64,000 nt of DNA, taken from positions 534 to 64,533 of the forward strand of contig CALUGA010000010.1 in NCBI GenBank assembly GCA_944320105.1, given 5' to 3'. This DNA is from an uncultured Prevotella sp. GTDB lineage: Bacteria; Bacteroidota; Bacteroidia; Bacteroidales; Bacteroidaceae. The notes below the pieces were generated by a model, which worked only from the letters and a program-made list of their open reading frames with translations, did not search any database and was not told the origin of the DNA. Positions 30,069 through 41,100 of this stretch are shown piece by piece. The stretch's first letter is position 1. Every line of letters starts with the position of its first letter. A program made the translations under genes and the position numbers.

Positions 30069-30419
30069 TCAGTCCATGGCTCCGAGCTGCTGCTTCATGG
30101 CCTGCAGCTCGTCGCGTATGGCCATGAGACGCTGCAGCACCTCGGCGGTCTTGTCGGCTCCGTCGCGGTTGCTGCTGATTATTTTCTTGGCGGCGGCCAG
30201 CTTGAAGCCGCGCACCTTCACGAGGTTGTGTATCAGGCGTATCTGCTCGATGTCCTTCTCCGAATACTGCCTTACCTTGCTTGGCCCCTTGGTCTTGGGC
30301 TTAAGGTAGGGGAACTCCTGTTCCCAGTAGCGCAGGGTGCTCTCGTTGAGGCCGAACATCTGTGCCACCTCGCTTATGGAGTAGTAGAGCTTGAGGTTCT
30401 TGTCGAGGTTTAGTGCCAT
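30069..30419 (-). CDS. MerR-family HTH regulator
   Basis: YYSISEVAQMFGLNESTLRYWE motif; divergent from alaS. Confidence 0.9.
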   Translation of the reverse strand: MALNLDKNLKLYYSISEVAQMFGLNESTLRYWEQEFPYLKPKTKGPSKVRQYSEKDIEQIRLIHNLVKVRGFKLAAAKKIISSNRDGADKTAEVLQRLMAIRDELQAMKQQLGAMD

Positions 30420-30526
30420 AAAATATGCGGTTTTTTATATTCTGAGAATAAAACATTTGCAAATGTACGGAAAAGAAAGTACCTTTGCAACACTTTTAAA
30501 AGAATTTATAATATCAAGGTAATAAT

Positions 30527-33148
30527 ATGATGACAGCAAACGAAATCCGCGACTCGTTCAAGCGTTTCTTCGAGTCGAAGGGCCACACCATCGTGCCGTC
30601 GGCCCCGATGGTGATAAAGGACGACCCCACGCTGATGTTCACAAACGCCGGGATGAACCAGTGGAAAGACATAATCCTCGGCACACGCGACCCCGAGCCG
30701 CGCCGCCGCGCCGACTCGCAGAAGTGCCTGCGCGTGAGCGGAAAGCACAACGACCTTGAGGAGGTGGGCCACGACACGTATCACCACACCATGTTCGAGA
30801 TGCTGGGCAACTGGAGCTTCGGCGACTATTTTAAGGAGGGTGCCATCGACATGGCGTGGGAATACCTCGTAGATGTGCTCCATCTCGACCCCAAAGACCT
30901 CTACGTCACGGTGTTCGAAGGCTCGCCGGAGGAGGGCCTGGGCCGCGATGACGAGGCCGCCTCGTACTGGGCCAAGCACGTGCCGGCCGACCACATAATA
31001 AACGGCAGCAAGCACGACAACTTCTGGGAAATGGGCGACACCGGCCCCTGCGGCCCCTGCTCGGAGATTCACCTCGACTCGCGCACGGAGGAGGAGAAGG
31101 CCAAGGTGCCGGGCCGCGAGCTTGTGAACAAGGACGACCCGCAGGTGATAGAGATATGGAACCTCGTGTTCATGCAGTTCAACCGCAAGGCCGACGGCTC
31201 GCTCGAGAAGCTGGCCATGAACGTGATAGACACCGGAATGGGCTTCGAACGCTTGGTGCGAGCCTTGCAAGGCAAGCACTCGAACTACGACACTGACATA
31301 TTCCAGCCCATAATACGCGAGATTTCGCGCCTCTCGGGCAAGGAGTACGGCAAGGACGAGCAGACCGATGTGGCCATGCGCGTGGTGGCCGACCACCTGC
31401 GTGCCGTGGCTTTCTCCATAGCCGACGGCCAGTTGCCGGGCAACGCCAAGGCAGGATACGTAATCCGCCGCATTCTGCGCCGCGCCGTGCGCTATGCATA
31501 TACGTTCCTCGGCCAGAAGGAGGCGTTCATGTACAAGCTCCTTCCCGTGTTCATCTTCGAGATGGGCAAGGCTTATCCCGAGCTTGAGGCACAGCGCGAG
31601 CTTATCGGCCGAGTGATGAAGGAGGAGGAAGACTCATTCCTGCGCACGCTCGACAAGGGCATCAACCTGCTCAACGGGGCCATGGACGAGCTTAAGGCTC
31701 ACGGCCAGACGCAGCTCGACGGGGCGCAGGCTTTCCGCCTCTTCGACACTTACGGATTCCCGCTCGACCTCACCGAGCTGATATGCCGCGAGAACGGCTA
31801 CACCGTAGACGAGAAGCAGTTTGACGAGGAGATGCAGAAGCAGAAGCAGCGCGCCCGCAACGCCGCCCAAACCGAAAGCTCTGACTGGACTGAGCTGCGC
31901 CAGGGCGAGCAGCAGTTTGTGGGCTACGACTACACGGAGCACGACTGCCACATACTTCGCTATCGCCGAGTGACGCAGAAGAAGAACACGTTCTATGAGC
32001 TGGTGCTCGACTACACGCCTTTCTACGGAGAGATGGGCGGACAGGTGGGCGACACCGGAGTGCTCGTGAGCGAGAACGAAACGGTGGAGATTGTGGACAC
32101 CAAGCGCGAGAACAACCAAAGCGTACACATAGTGAAGGAGCTGCCCAAGCAGCCCGAGGCCGACTTCATGGCCTGCGTGGATACTGACAAGCGCGCCGCC
32201 AGTGCTGCCAACCACACCGCCACCCATCTGCTCGACTATGCGCTGAAGCAGGTGCTTGGCGACCATGTTGAGCAGAAAGGCTCGTTCGTGAGCGCCGATA
32301 CGCTGCGCTTCGACTTCTCGCATTTCCAGAAAGTAACCGACGAAGAGCTGCGCCGTGCGGAGCGCATCGTAAACGAGATGATACGGCAGGACTTGCCGCT
32401 CGACGAGCATCGCGACATGCCTTTGGCCGAAGCCAAGGAGATGGGGGCCATTGCCCTCTTCGGCGAGAAGTATGGCGACAAGGTCAGGGTGGTGCGCTTC
32501 GGCCCCAGCTGTGAGTTCTGCGGCGGCATCCACGCCCGCTCCACGGGTCGCATAGGGCTGTTCAAGATTATCAGCGAAAGCTCGGTGGCCGCCGGTGTGC
32601 GCCGCATCGAGGCTGTAACTGGGCGTGAATGCGAGGAGATGATGTACGAGATAGAGGACACCGTGAAGGCCATCCGCTCGCTGTTCAACAACGCCAAGGA
32701 CTTGAAGGGTGTCATCGAGAAGTACATAGAGGAGCACGACACGATGAAGAAAGACATCGAGCACTTCCAGGCGCAGGCCGTGGAGCGCACCAAGGCTGCG
32801 CTGGTGGAGAAAGCGCGCGTGGTGGGCGGTGTAAAGGTAGTGACCGCCGTGCTGCCCATGGAGGCCGCGCAGGCCAAGGATCTTGTGTTCAAGATTCGCC
32901 AGGAAGTGCCAGAGGGTCTGCTCTGCGCCGTAGGTACGGTGGCTGCCGGCAAGCCGATGCTGAGCGTGATGCTCAGCGACGACATGGTGAAAGACCACGG
33001 GCTGAACGCCGGGCAGATGGTGCGCGAGGCTGCCAAGCTGATACAGGGCGGCGGCGGAGGCCAGCCCCACTATGCCACGGCGGGCGGAAAAAATGCCGAC
33101 GGGCTTAGTGCCGCCATCGACAAGGTGGTGGAGCTGGCCGGGCTTTGA
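30527..33148 (+). CDS. alaS: Alanine--tRNA ligase
   Basis: [42 protein letters not shown] and GGGG motifs. Confidence 0.98.
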   Translation: MMTANEIRDSFKRFFESKGHTIVPSAPMVIKDDPTLMFTNAGMNQWKDIILGTRDPEPRRRADSQKCLRVSGKHNDLEEVGHDTYHHTMFEMLGNWSFGDYFKEGAIDMAWEYLVDVLHLDPKDLYVTVFEGSPEEGLGRDDEAASYWAKHVPADHIINGSKHDNFWEMGDTGPCGPCSEIHLDSRTEEEKAKVPGRELVNKDDPQVIEIWNLVFMQFNRKADGSLEKLAMNVIDTGMGFERLVRALQGKHSNYDTDIFQPIIREISRLSGKEYGKDEQTDVAMRVVADHLRAVAFSIADGQLPGNAKAGYVIRRILRRAVRYAYTFLGQKEAFMYKLLPVFIFEMGKAYPELEAQRELIGRVMKEEEDSFLRTLDKGINLLNGAMDELKAHGQTQLDGAQAFRLFDTYGFPLDLTELICRENGYTVDEKQFDEEMQKQKQRARNAAQTESSDWTELRQGEQQFVGYDYTEHDCHILRYRRVTQKKNTFYELVLDYTPFYGEMGGQVGDTGVLVSENETVEIVDTKRENNQSVHIVKELPKQPEADFMACVDTDKRAASAANHTATHLLDYALKQVLGDHVEQKGSFVSADTLRFDFSHFQKVTDEELRRAERIVNEMIRQDLPLDEHRDMPLAEAKEMGAIALFGEKYGDKVRVVRFGPSCEFCGGIHARSTGRIGLFKIISESSVAAGVRRIEAVTGRECEEMMYEIEDTVKAIRSLFNNAKDLKGVIEKYIEEHDTMKKDIEHFQAQAVERTKAALVEKARVVGGVKVVTAVLPMEAAQAKDLVFKIRQEVPEGLLCAVGTVAAGKPMLSVMLSDDMVKDHGLNAGQMVREAAKLIQGGGGGQPHYATAGGKNADGLSAAIDKVVELAGL

Positions 33149-33180
33149 ACCAGACTAACGGTAGCCGAAAGGGCAGATAA

Positions 33181-33229
33181 ATAAAATAAAGGGATTCGCA
33201 ACGATGGCGCGAATCCCTTTATTTTATTT
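33181..33229. terminator. Bidirectional terminator
   Basis: ataaaataaagggattcgc ... gcgaatccctttattttat between convergent genes. Confidence 0.8.
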
Positions 33230-33319
33230 ATGCCATTGCTTTTCTTTTGTCTTGTGCCGCCCGCTTGGTTGCTTGCAGATGCAGTGTGGCAAGTAGGCGG
33301 CTGCCGGGCAGTGGTTGGC

Positions 33320-33661
33320 TCAGCGCAGTCCGTTGCGCCGCAGCAGGTCTTCAATCTCCTTGCCGGAGATGTTGCTGCGCTCTGCCTTGTCGTAGATGTA
33401 GAGCAGGTTCACCTCTGTCTCTTCAACGGCTACCACCACCGTGAAAGTGATTACGCGCGCCCCGCCGCTCTTGCCGCGCCCCTTTGAGGCGATGGACATG
33501 CGTATTTTGCGCAGGCCTCCGCCAAGGTCGGTGCCGAGGAGAGGGTTGGCCTGTAGGTCGGCAAGGAGTTTTGCGTAGTCATTGGCCATTGACGCATAAT
33601 GCTTGGCCAGTCGCTTGAGTTCCCGCTCAAATGACTTTGCAGTCTTGATGCTATAATTCAT
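33320..33661 (-). CDS. Type II toxin, RelE/HigB family
   Basis: GLRKIRM..KGRGKSGGARVI and YIYDKAE motifs. Confidence 0.88.
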   Translation of the reverse strand: MNYSIKTAKSFERELKRLAKHYASMANDYAKLLADLQANPLLGTDLGGGLRKIRMSIASKGRGKSGGARVITFTVVVAVEETEVNLLYIYDKAERSNISGKEIEDLLRRNGLR

Positions 33662-33884
33662 GGCGCAGTTCCTCCAGCAATTCTTCGGCAGGACGTGTCC
33701 TTCCGGCTTTCATGTCCTTCAGTCCGCGATCTATCCCGGCCAGTATTTCCTCCTTGCTGATGTACTCTTCGTCTTTTGTGGCCTGCAGGTCTTCCATCAG
33801 TTTGCTTGCGAGCCATTTCTTGTTGCCCTTTGGCAGCGACTGGAGGTAGAGCCAAAGGTTTTCCATTGCCATAGATGTCCTCAT
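33651..33884 (-). CDS. Putative antitoxin
   Basis: 77-aa ORF overlapping the toxin start; acidic C-terminus (GLKDMKAGRTRPAEELLEEL); TATCTTTG box upstream. Confidence 0.78.
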   Translation of the reverse strand: MRTSMAMENLWLYLQSLPKGNKKWLASKLMEDLQATKDEEYISKEEILAGIDRGLKDMKAGRTRPAEELLEELRHEL

Positions 33885-34192
33885 AAAGTGTCCTCCTTGT
33901 TGTTTGTTATGTTCCTGTTTGCAAAGATAATAAATAATAATGAGAGTGAGCCATCCCGGTGGCAGAAAAGCTGCCGGTAATGTGGCAGTGGGCGCGCTTC
34001 GGCGGGAGGATGCCAGCAGGCCGGCCAAGGGCGGGTCGCAGAAGAAGTGGCGGAGAAAAAACATGTTGGTTTGTTTTGGAATGTCTGCGATTTGATGTAA
34101 CTTTGCATTTTGTAAGCCAAGCCATCAGGTATAGCCCGTGGCGGCGTGGCTCCGTGCTCACGGTATCCCAAGAAACTAAAAACTGCAAGACA

Positions 34193-35812
34193 ATGAAGAA
34201 AGCGATTCCCGCCCTCGCCGCGCTGCTCTTGGCTGCGGCACCGGCTTTCGGCCAAGTGCCGAACCCCGTAGAAGACGTAAACAAGGTAGTGGACAATACC
34301 CCCGACAGCATAGCCAAAGCCCTCATGTCGAGGCCCGCGCCGGGTGCCACCCGCAAGGAGGGCAAGCCCGTGGTGTTCTACATCGGCGACTCAACGATGC
34401 GCAACGGAACGCTCGGCAACGGCAACAACGGGCAGTGGGGATGGGGGTATTTCGCCTCGCAATTCATCGATCCGAAGAAAGCCAGCGTGGAGAACCAGGC
34501 CCTCGGGGGCATGAGCACACGCACGTTCTATAACAACTTGTGGCCCGACATCCGCAAGGCACTGCGCCCCGGCGACTGGGTCATAATCCAGCTGGGCCAC
34601 AATGACAACGGCCCTTACGACAGCGGGCGCGCCCGCGCCGTGCTCCCCGGCACAGGGACAGACTCGATCAACGTCACCATTAAGGAGACCGGAAAGAAAG
34701 AAACCGTTTATACCTACGGTGGATACATACGTAAGTATATCGCCGACTGCCGCAAGGCGGGGGCAAATCCCGTGCTAATGTCGCTCACACCGCGCAATGC
34801 TTACGGCGAGGATGGCAAGGTAGTGCGCAAGCAGCAGGCCAAGTGGCTTGAGGAAATAGGCCGCGAGGAAGGCGTGCCTTACGTGGACCTCAACGAGATT
34901 TCGGCCTCAAAGCTTGACAAGTACGGCAAGTGGAAAACTTCATACCACTTCTACCGCGACAAGATTCATACCAGCAAGTTTGGCGCAGAGCTTAATGCTC
35001 GCTCCGCAGCAGAGGGCATTGCTGCCAGCACCGACCCCAAGTTGGCCCCGCTGCAGGCCTTGCTGTGCAACGTTGAGCTGCCCGTGGTTGGCGTGAAGCG
35101 CGAAAAGGGCAAGCCAGTGGTGTTCATAACGGGCGACTCTACGGTGAAGAACACCGACCGCGACCCCGACGGAATGTGGGGATGGGGCTCGCAGGCGTAC
35201 ACCGTGTTCGACTCCACGAAGGTCACTTGCGTCAATTGCGCTAAGGCAGGCCGCTCCACCCGCACTTACCTCAACGAGGGACGGTGGGACAGGGTGTACA
35301 ATTCGCTGCAGCCGGGCGACTTCGTTCTCATTCAGTTTGGCCACAATGACATAGGCCCTATTGACGACAAGAAGATGCGTGGGGTAATCTGCGGCACGGC
35401 CGACTCAAGCCACGTGTACCGCATGAAAAGCTCCGGGATGTATGAAGTGGTATATACCTTCGGCTGGTACCTTAAGAAGTTCATACAGGACGTGCGCGAA
35501 AAGGGAGCCACGCCGATACTCCTCTCGCTCACTCCGCGCAACGAGTGGCCCGGCGGCAAGATAGAGCGGCGCAACGACAGCTACGGCAAGTGGTATCGCG
35601 AAGTGGCTAAGGAAACGGGCGTTGAGTTCGTTGACGTACACAACATCACTGCCGACTTCCTCGACAAGGAGTGCGGCAGCAAGGAGAAAGCCATGAAGTA
35701 CTATAACCATGACCACACCCACACGTCGCTGCTTGGCGCGCAGACCAACGCAAAGAGCGTGGCAAAGGGCCTGCGCGACATCAACAGCCCATTGGCAAAA
35801 TACTTGAAGTAA
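34193..35812 (+). CDS. Rhamnogalacturonan acetylesterase-like protein with two SGNH (CE12) domains
   Basis: Signal peptide; two sets of GDST, GWG and GHND; catalytic DKIH and DHTH. Confidence 0.9.
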   Translation: MKKAIPALAALLLAAAPAFGQVPNPVEDVNKVVDNTPDSIAKALMSRPAPGATRKEGKPVVFYIGDSTMRNGTLGNGNNGQWGWGYFASQFIDPKKASVENQALGGMSTRTFYNNLWPDIRKALRPGDWVIIQLGHNDNGPYDSGRARAVLPGTGTDSINVTIKETGKKETVYTYGGYIRKYIADCRKAGANPVLMSLTPRNAYGEDGKVVRKQQAKWLEEIGREEGVPYVDLNEISASKLDKYGKWKTSYHFYRDKIHTSKFGAELNARSAAEGIAASTDPKLAPLQALLCNVELPVVGVKREKGKPVVFITGDSTVKNTDRDPDGMWGWGSQAYTVFDSTKVTCVNCAKAGRSTRTYLNEGRWDRVYNSLQPGDFVLIQFGHNDIGPIDDKKMRGVICGTADSSHVYRMKSSGMYEVVYTFGWYLKKFIQDVREKGATPILLSLTPRNEWPGGKIERRNDSYGKWYREVAKETGVEFVDVHNITADFLDKECGSKEKAMKYYNHDHTHTSLLGAQTNAKSVAKGLRDINSPLAKYLK

Positions 35813-35913
35813 AAGCCTCTCCCCATGCCCTCCCCGGTGGCGAGGGAGCCTTGGATGGCGCAATGGCAGCCGCCGGGACTCTCTCACCACCGGGGAGAGT
35901 TGGCGAGGGGCTT
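35813..35913. repeat. C-rich/G-rich imperfect palindrome
   Basis: aagcctctccccatgccctccccggtggcgagggag ... ctctctcaccaccggggagagttggcgaggggctt. Confidence 0.65.
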
Positions 35914-35930
35914 CTAATTTACATATAGCA

Positions 35931-37883
35931 ATGATAGACAGAGCCACCGTAGAACGCATACTCGACGCCACGGAGATAGTCGATGTGGTGTCGGAGTTCG
36001 TCACCCTGCGCAAGCGTGGGGTCAACTATGTGGGTCTGTGTCCGTTTCATGACGACAAGACACCGTCGTTCTACGTCTCCCCGTCCAAGGGCGTGTGCAA
36101 GTGCTTTGCCTGCGGCAAGGGCGGCAATGCCGTCCACTTCCTCATGGAGCACGAGCAGATAACATACCCCGAGGCCCTGCGCTGGCTTGCCAGGAAGTAC
36201 AACATAGAGGTGAAGGAGCGTGAGCTGAGCGACGACGAGAAGCGCGAGGAGAGCCAGCGTGAGAGCATGTTCATCGTCAACGAGTGGGCGGCGGGCTACT
36301 TTCAGGACGTCCTAAACAACGACATTGACGGCCAGGCCATAGGCAAGCAGTATTTCCGCAGCCGCGGATTCCGCGACGACATAATGCAGAAGTTCCGCCT
36401 CGGCTTTGCCCTTTCGCGCCGCAATGCCCTTTCTGAGGCAGCCCTTGGCAAGGGATACAAGGAGGAGTTCCTCGTTAAGACGGGCCTTTGCTACAGTAAA
36501 GAGGGCGGCGGGCTGGTCGACCGGTACGCGGGCCGCGTGATATTTCCGTGGATAAACGTCAGCGGGAAGGTGGTTGCCTTCGGCGGACGGCTGCTCGACT
36601 CGCGCACCAAAGGCGTACAGCAGAAGTACGTCAACTCATCCGATTCAGAGATTTTCCACAAGGATCATGAGCTTTACGGCATCTTCCAAGCCAAGAAGGC
36701 GATTGTTAAGGAAGACCGGGTGTTTATGGTTGAGGGTTACACCGACGTCATTTCTATGCACCAGTGCGGCGTGGAGAACGTGGTGGCAAACTCTGGCACG
36801 GCCTTGAGCCAGCACCAGATACGCCTCCTCCACCGCTTCACGCCTAACATAGTGCTGCTCTACGACGGCGACGAGGCAGGCATCCACGCTGCCATGCGCG
36901 GCACGGACATGCTGCTGAGCGAGGGGATGAACGTCAAGGTGTTGGTGCTGCCCGACGGCGACGACCCCGACAGCTTTGCCCGCAAGCACACCTCAGAGGA
37001 GTTCAGGGCATACATAGAGCAGCACCAAACCGACTTCATAGAATTCAAGACGGCCACCCTCCTCAAGGGCGTCACCGACCCTGTAAAGCGCTCCGAGGCC
37101 ATAAGCAGCATAGTGAAGAGCGTTTCCGTAATCCCCGACCAGATAACGCGCGACACTTACTTGCACGAGTGTGCCGTGCGCTTGGGGATGAACGAGCGCA
37201 CGCTGATATCCTCAATGAACCGTTTCATCAGCGGCGAGCGCGAGGCCAAGGCCAAGGAAGCCGAGCGCGAGGAGCGCAGGCTGGCGCGTGAGGGTGGGGC
37301 GGTAGGCCAGTCGCCGATGCAGATTGGGCTGCACACTGCCGACGAGCAAGCTGCCGAAGTGGAGCGCATGCTCATCGAGGAGGTGCTTCGCCACGGCGAG
37401 GAGACCATATTCGAGGGGCTTGAGACTGAGGACGGGCAGACCATGAACCTCTCCGTGGCGCAGTACATCGACTACGACTTGGCGCAGGACGGGCTGCACT
37501 TTGCCAACGACCTGTACAACCGCATACTGGCGGAAGCCGTGGCTCACAGCGGCGAAGAGGGATTCAGGGCAGAGCCTTACTTCCTGCAGCATCCCGACAT
37601 CGACATAAGCTCGCTGGCGGGGCAGCTCGCCATCAGCCCTTACCACCTCAGCCGGAGCCTGCAACTGAAGCAGACTACGGAGAGCTTGCGCCAGCGCGTT
37701 ACCCACCTTGTGCTCGACCTGCGCATGAACATAGTGCGGAAGCACTTGGCCGACATACAGGCGCAGATGCGCGCGGCGGGCGCAGACATGGACCGCATCA
37801 GGCAACTGATGCAGGAATATAAGGATGCGCAGCAGCTGCGCGACGCGCTCGCGAGGCGCATAGGCAGCGACATCATGGCTTGA
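35931..37883 (+). CDS. dnaG: DNA primase
   Basis: CPFHDDKTPSF..CFAC zinc finger; KYVNS, EGYTD, YDGDEAG and DPD motifs. Confidence 0.97.
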   Translation: MIDRATVERILDATEIVDVVSEFVTLRKRGVNYVGLCPFHDDKTPSFYVSPSKGVCKCFACGKGGNAVHFLMEHEQITYPEALRWLARKYNIEVKERELSDDEKREESQRESMFIVNEWAAGYFQDVLNNDIDGQAIGKQYFRSRGFRDDIMQKFRLGFALSRRNALSEAALGKGYKEEFLVKTGLCYSKEGGGLVDRYAGRVIFPWINVSGKVVAFGGRLLDSRTKGVQQKYVNSSDSEIFHKDHELYGIFQAKKAIVKEDRVFMVEGYTDVISMHQCGVENVVANSGTALSQHQIRLLHRFTPNIVLLYDGDEAGIHAAMRGTDMLLSEGMNVKVLVLPDGDDPDSFARKHTSEEFRAYIEQHQTDFIEFKTATLLKGVTDPVKRSEAISSIVKSVSVIPDQITRDTYLHECAVRLGMNERTLISSMNRFISGEREAKAKEAEREERRLAREGGAVGQSPMQIGLHTADEQAAEVERMLIEEVLRHGEETIFEGLETEDGQTMNLSVAQYIDYDLAQDGLHFANDLYNRILAEAVAHSGEEGFRAEPYFLQHPDIDISSLAGQLAISPYHLSRSLQLKQTTESLRQRVTHLVLDLRMNIVRKHLADIQAQMRAAGADMDRIRQLMQEYKDAQQLRDALARRIGSDIMA

Positions 37884-37948
37884 TGCGCGCCCCGAGGCTG
37901 GCCGGGTAGCCCTTCGTTGCCAGTCACCAACACAAAACTAACAATGCA

Positions 37949-38296
37949 ATGTATTACGTAGAGAAGAAACTTGAGGTTTCGGCGAGCCATTCGCTGAAGC
38001 TCGACTACCCGAGCAAGTGCTCGCGCCTGCACGGCCACAATTGGCTGATAACCGTTTTTTGCCGCGCCCGCGAGCTAAACGCCAACGGCATGGTGTGCGA
38101 CTTTGCCGACATAAAGAGGCGCATTCACGGTTACCTTGACCACGGCAACCTCAACGAGCTGCTGCCTTTCAACCCCACGGCGGAGAACATAGCCCGATGG
38201 TGCGTGGAGCAGATTCCCACCTGCTATAAGGCCACCGTGCGCGAGAGCGATAACAACACGGCAACATACGTAAAGGACGACGAAGCCGTTTTTTAA
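37949..38296 (+). CDS. queD: 6-carboxytetrahydropterin synthase
   Basis: CSRLHGHNW, LDH and PTAENIA motifs. Confidence 0.9.
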   Translation: MYYVEKKLEVSASHSLKLDYPSKCSRLHGHNWLITVFCRARELNANGMVCDFADIKRRIHGYLDHGNLNELLPFNPTAENIARWCVEQIPTCYKATVRESDNNTATYVKDDEAVF

Positions 38297-38620
38297 ATTA
38301 AAAGTTAAAAGTTAAAAATTAAAAGAAGATGCTTTGTAAGTTAAAAGCTAAGAATTAAAAATTAAAAGAATATGCGCGGGAAATTAAGAGTTAAGAATTA
38401 AGAGTTAAAAAAGTATGCGGAGGGGGATGTCAGTCGCACGTTTTTTGTTTCCCGAATTTGATGTTTGCAATTGTCTGGGGACGCCGCAACTCCCGTATCC
38501 TTGTATTCCGGAAAAAGCATTCGTCTGTCTCCCGCTCCCCTAACAGCATTTGTCAGTCTCCTGTCTCCAGACTCCCGTCTCCTAAAATTCTGCCTCCCGT
38601 CTCCTGACTTCTGTCTCCTG
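38297..38620. repeat. Heptamer tandem-repeat blocks (TTAARAR then CTCCTGT)
   Basis: ttaaaag/ttaagag/ttaagaa runs at 38297-38410; ctcctgt/ctcccgt/ctccaga runs at 38525-38620. Confidence 0.8.
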
Positions 38621-38625
38621 ATGAT

Positions 38626-39216
38626 ATGTACCACATAAACGAGATATTCCAGACCTTGCAGGGCGAGGGCCACAACGTGGGCCGCGCCGCTGTGTTCGTG
38701 CGTTTTTCGGGCTGCAACCTGCGCTGCCCGTTTTGCGACACTGATTTTGCTGCCAGCCGCGAGATGAGCGGCGAAGAGATTGCCGGGGCCGTGGCTTCGT
38801 ATGGCGCGCGCCTCGTAGTCCTTACGGGTGGCGAGCCTGCGCTGCAGGCCGATGCCCGCCTCATTGCCCGCCTGCACGCCATGGGCTGCGAGGTGGCCAT
38901 GGAGACCAACGGCACGAGGCCCGTGCCTGAGGGCGTTGACTGGCTCACGGTGTCGCCCAAGCTGCCTTTCGTGGGCGCGGCGGGCCGCCCCGTGGTGAGC
39001 CGCTGCAACGAGCTTAAGTGCCTGTTCGACGGCCGTTCGCCCGTGACCGACTTCGGCATTGAGGCCGATTACTACTACCTGCAGCCTTGCGATATGGGCG
39101 GCGGCCCTGCATCGGAGCAGAACCGCCGCATCACCCAGGCCTGCATCGACTTTATACTCAGTCACCCGCAGTGGCGGCTTTCGCTGCAAACGCATAAGCT
39201 CGTGGGCTTCAAGTGA
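38626..39216 (+). CDS. queE: 7-carboxy-7-deazaguanine synthase (radical SAM)
   Basis: EIFQTLQGEG, CNLRCPFCDT, TGGEP, ETNG and QTHK motifs. Confidence 0.93.
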   Translation: MYHINEIFQTLQGEGHNVGRAAVFVRFSGCNLRCPFCDTDFAASREMSGEEIAGAVASYGARLVVLTGGEPALQADARLIARLHAMGCEVAMETNGTRPVPEGVDWLTVSPKLPFVGAAGRPVVSRCNELKCLFDGRSPVTDFGIEADYYYLQPCDMGGGPASEQNRRITQACIDFILSHPQWRLSLQTHKLVGFK

Positions 39217-39313
39217 TGTGGCTTAGGGCAGTTGTCGCGGCGCATGGCGATGTTGCGGCATTTGATAAAGGAGTCCGCCAAGGCAGTCAGGGGCCTTGGC
39301 GGACTCCTCTTTT

Positions 39314-39460
39314 TGTAAGAATAATTCGCAATGTTGCCTTTCTTCCTTAACTCCCTGGCAGCCAGTGACTTGCAATAGTTGCCGTTTTGCGTTGCAAAAC
39401 GGTGCTTTTCACTGTGCAAAACGTGCCGTTTGGCCGTGCAAAACAGTGCGTTTGGCAGGG
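39314..39460. repeat. 22-bp-period array element, copy 4 (reverse orientation)
   Basis: Tail gtaagaataattcgc precedes gcaaaacggtgcttttcactgt/gcaaaacgtgccgtttggccgt/gcaaaacagtgcgtttggcagg. Confidence 0.7.
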
Positions 39461-39664
39461 CGGTATGCCCGTGGCGGTCTGCGGGCGCGCCGGTGTAAAC
39501 ATTAGTTACCGCAGCGATGGCCGCAGATTGCCGCAGGTCTGCCGGCGCGGTTTGTTGCGGGCAGAATGCAAATTCCGCCCAGAAAGTTTGCCCGTATCGA
39601 TTTTTTTGCGCATATTTGCAGTTGCTGCGCCGCCACAGCAGGCGCGCGCCTTTTCAAAGTAACG

Positions 39665-41095
39665 ATGCCTATGCACGGACTCTACCTTACCGGCGTCATC
39701 ATCAACGAGATTATCGTTACCATCGCGATAATCCATGTGCTCATGGACAACCGCCAGCCCGCCAAGACCATGGCCTGGGCGCTGGTAATCTTTTTCGTGC
39801 CTGTGGTGGGCATAGTGCTCTACATCTTCTTTGGCGTAAACACCCGCAAGGAGCGCATGGTGAGCCAGCGCAGCATGGACCAGCTCACCAAGCGGTCGAT
39901 GCTTGAGTTTGCCGAGCAGCGCGACCTGCGCCTGCCCGAACGCTACCTGCCCGTGATAGACCTCTTCGTAAACCAGAACATGGCCCTGCCTTTCAACAAT
40001 ACCGGGGCCGAAATCTTTACCGACGGCCACTCTTACTTCCTCGCCCTGCTCGCCGCCATAGGCCGGGCGCGCCACCACATACACATCGATATGTTCATCT
40101 TTGCCGACGACGCGTTGGGCCGGCTCGTGGCCGACTCGCTCATAGACAAGGCCCGCCAGGGCGTGGAGGTGAGGGTGATATACGACGACGTGGGCTGCTG
40201 GAACGTGGGCCACGGCTTCTACGAGCGTATGCGCGAGGGCGGCGTGGATGTCAGGCCGTTCCTGCCCGTAAGGTTCCCCACGTTCACCAGCAAGGCCAAC
40301 TACCGCAACCACCGCAAGATTGTGGTCATCGACGGGCGCGAGGGCTTCATCGGGGGCATGAACATCGCGCTGCGATACGTCAAGGGAACAGGCCGCCAGC
40401 CGTGGCGCGACACCATGGTGCGCATCACTGGCGGGGCCGTCTACGGCCTGCAGAGGGCGTTCCTCGTAGACTGGTACTTCGTTGACCGCACGCTCATCTC
40501 CAGCCGCAAGTACTACCCCCAGCCCGACGGCAGCGTGAGGACGGGCTGCATAGCGCAGATAGTAACGGCCAGCCCCGTGTCGCCTTATCCCGAGATAATG
40601 CAGGGCTACGTGCGCATCATCCTCGGCGCGCGCCGCTACATATATATAGAGACGCCTTACTTCCTGCCCACGGAGCCGGTGCTCTTCGCCTTGAAGATGG
40701 CTGCCCTCGGGGGCATCGACATTCGCATCATTGTGCCGGCCAAGAGCGATTCGCGCTTTGTGGAGTGGGCGGGGCGCTCTTACCTGCGCGACATGGCCGG
40801 GGCGGGGGTGAAGATTTACCTCTACACGGCGGGCTTCCTGCACAGCAAGATGCTCGTGTGCGACGACACGCTCGCCACCTGCGGCTCCACCAATGTGGAT
40901 TTCCGCAGCTTCGAGAACGACTTCGAGGCCAACGCTTTCTTCTACGATGGCGATATGGCTATGCGCTTCAAGCAGGTGTTCCTGGCCGACCAGCAACGCT
41001 CGTGCCTCTTCGACGATGTGGCGCGCCTTGCCTCGCCCCGTTTCTTCACGCGGCTATGGGAAAGCCTCACGCGCCTGCTCTCGCCGGTGATGTGA
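39665..41095 (+). CDS. cls: Cardiolipin synthase
   Basis: Two HKD motifs (HRKIVVID, HSKMLVCD) and N-terminal TM helices. Confidence 0.94.
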   Translation: MPMHGLYLTGVIINEIIVTIAIIHVLMDNRQPAKTMAWALVIFFVPVVGIVLYIFFGVNTRKERMVSQRSMDQLTKRSMLEFAEQRDLRLPERYLPVIDLFVNQNMALPFNNTGAEIFTDGHSYFLALLAAIGRARHHIHIDMFIFADDALGRLVADSLIDKARQGVEVRVIYDDVGCWNVGHGFYERMREGGVDVRPFLPVRFPTFTSKANYRNHRKIVVIDGREGFIGGMNIALRYVKGTGRQPWRDTMVRITGGAVYGLQRAFLVDWYFVDRTLISSRKYYPQPDGSVRTGCIAQIVTASPVSPYPEIMQGYVRIILGARRYIYIETPYFLPTEPVLFALKMAALGGIDIRIIVPAKSDSRFVEWAGRSYLRDMAGAGVKIYLYTAGFLHSKMLVCDDTLATCGSTNVDFRSFENDFEANAFFYDGDMAMRFKQVFLADQQRSCLFDDVARLASPRFFTRLWESLTRLLSPVM

Positions 41096-41100
41096 TGCAT

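Noticed and set aside
33320-33884. Toxin-antitoxin pair as a novel system
   Set aside because: It is a standard RelE/HigB-type type II module in the usual antitoxin-first arrangement.
37949-39216. queD/queE as part of a 7-deazaguanine DNA modification (dpd) system
   Set aside because: No dpdA or tgt-like gene is nearby and GC matches the host; ordinary queuosine synthesis is sufficient.
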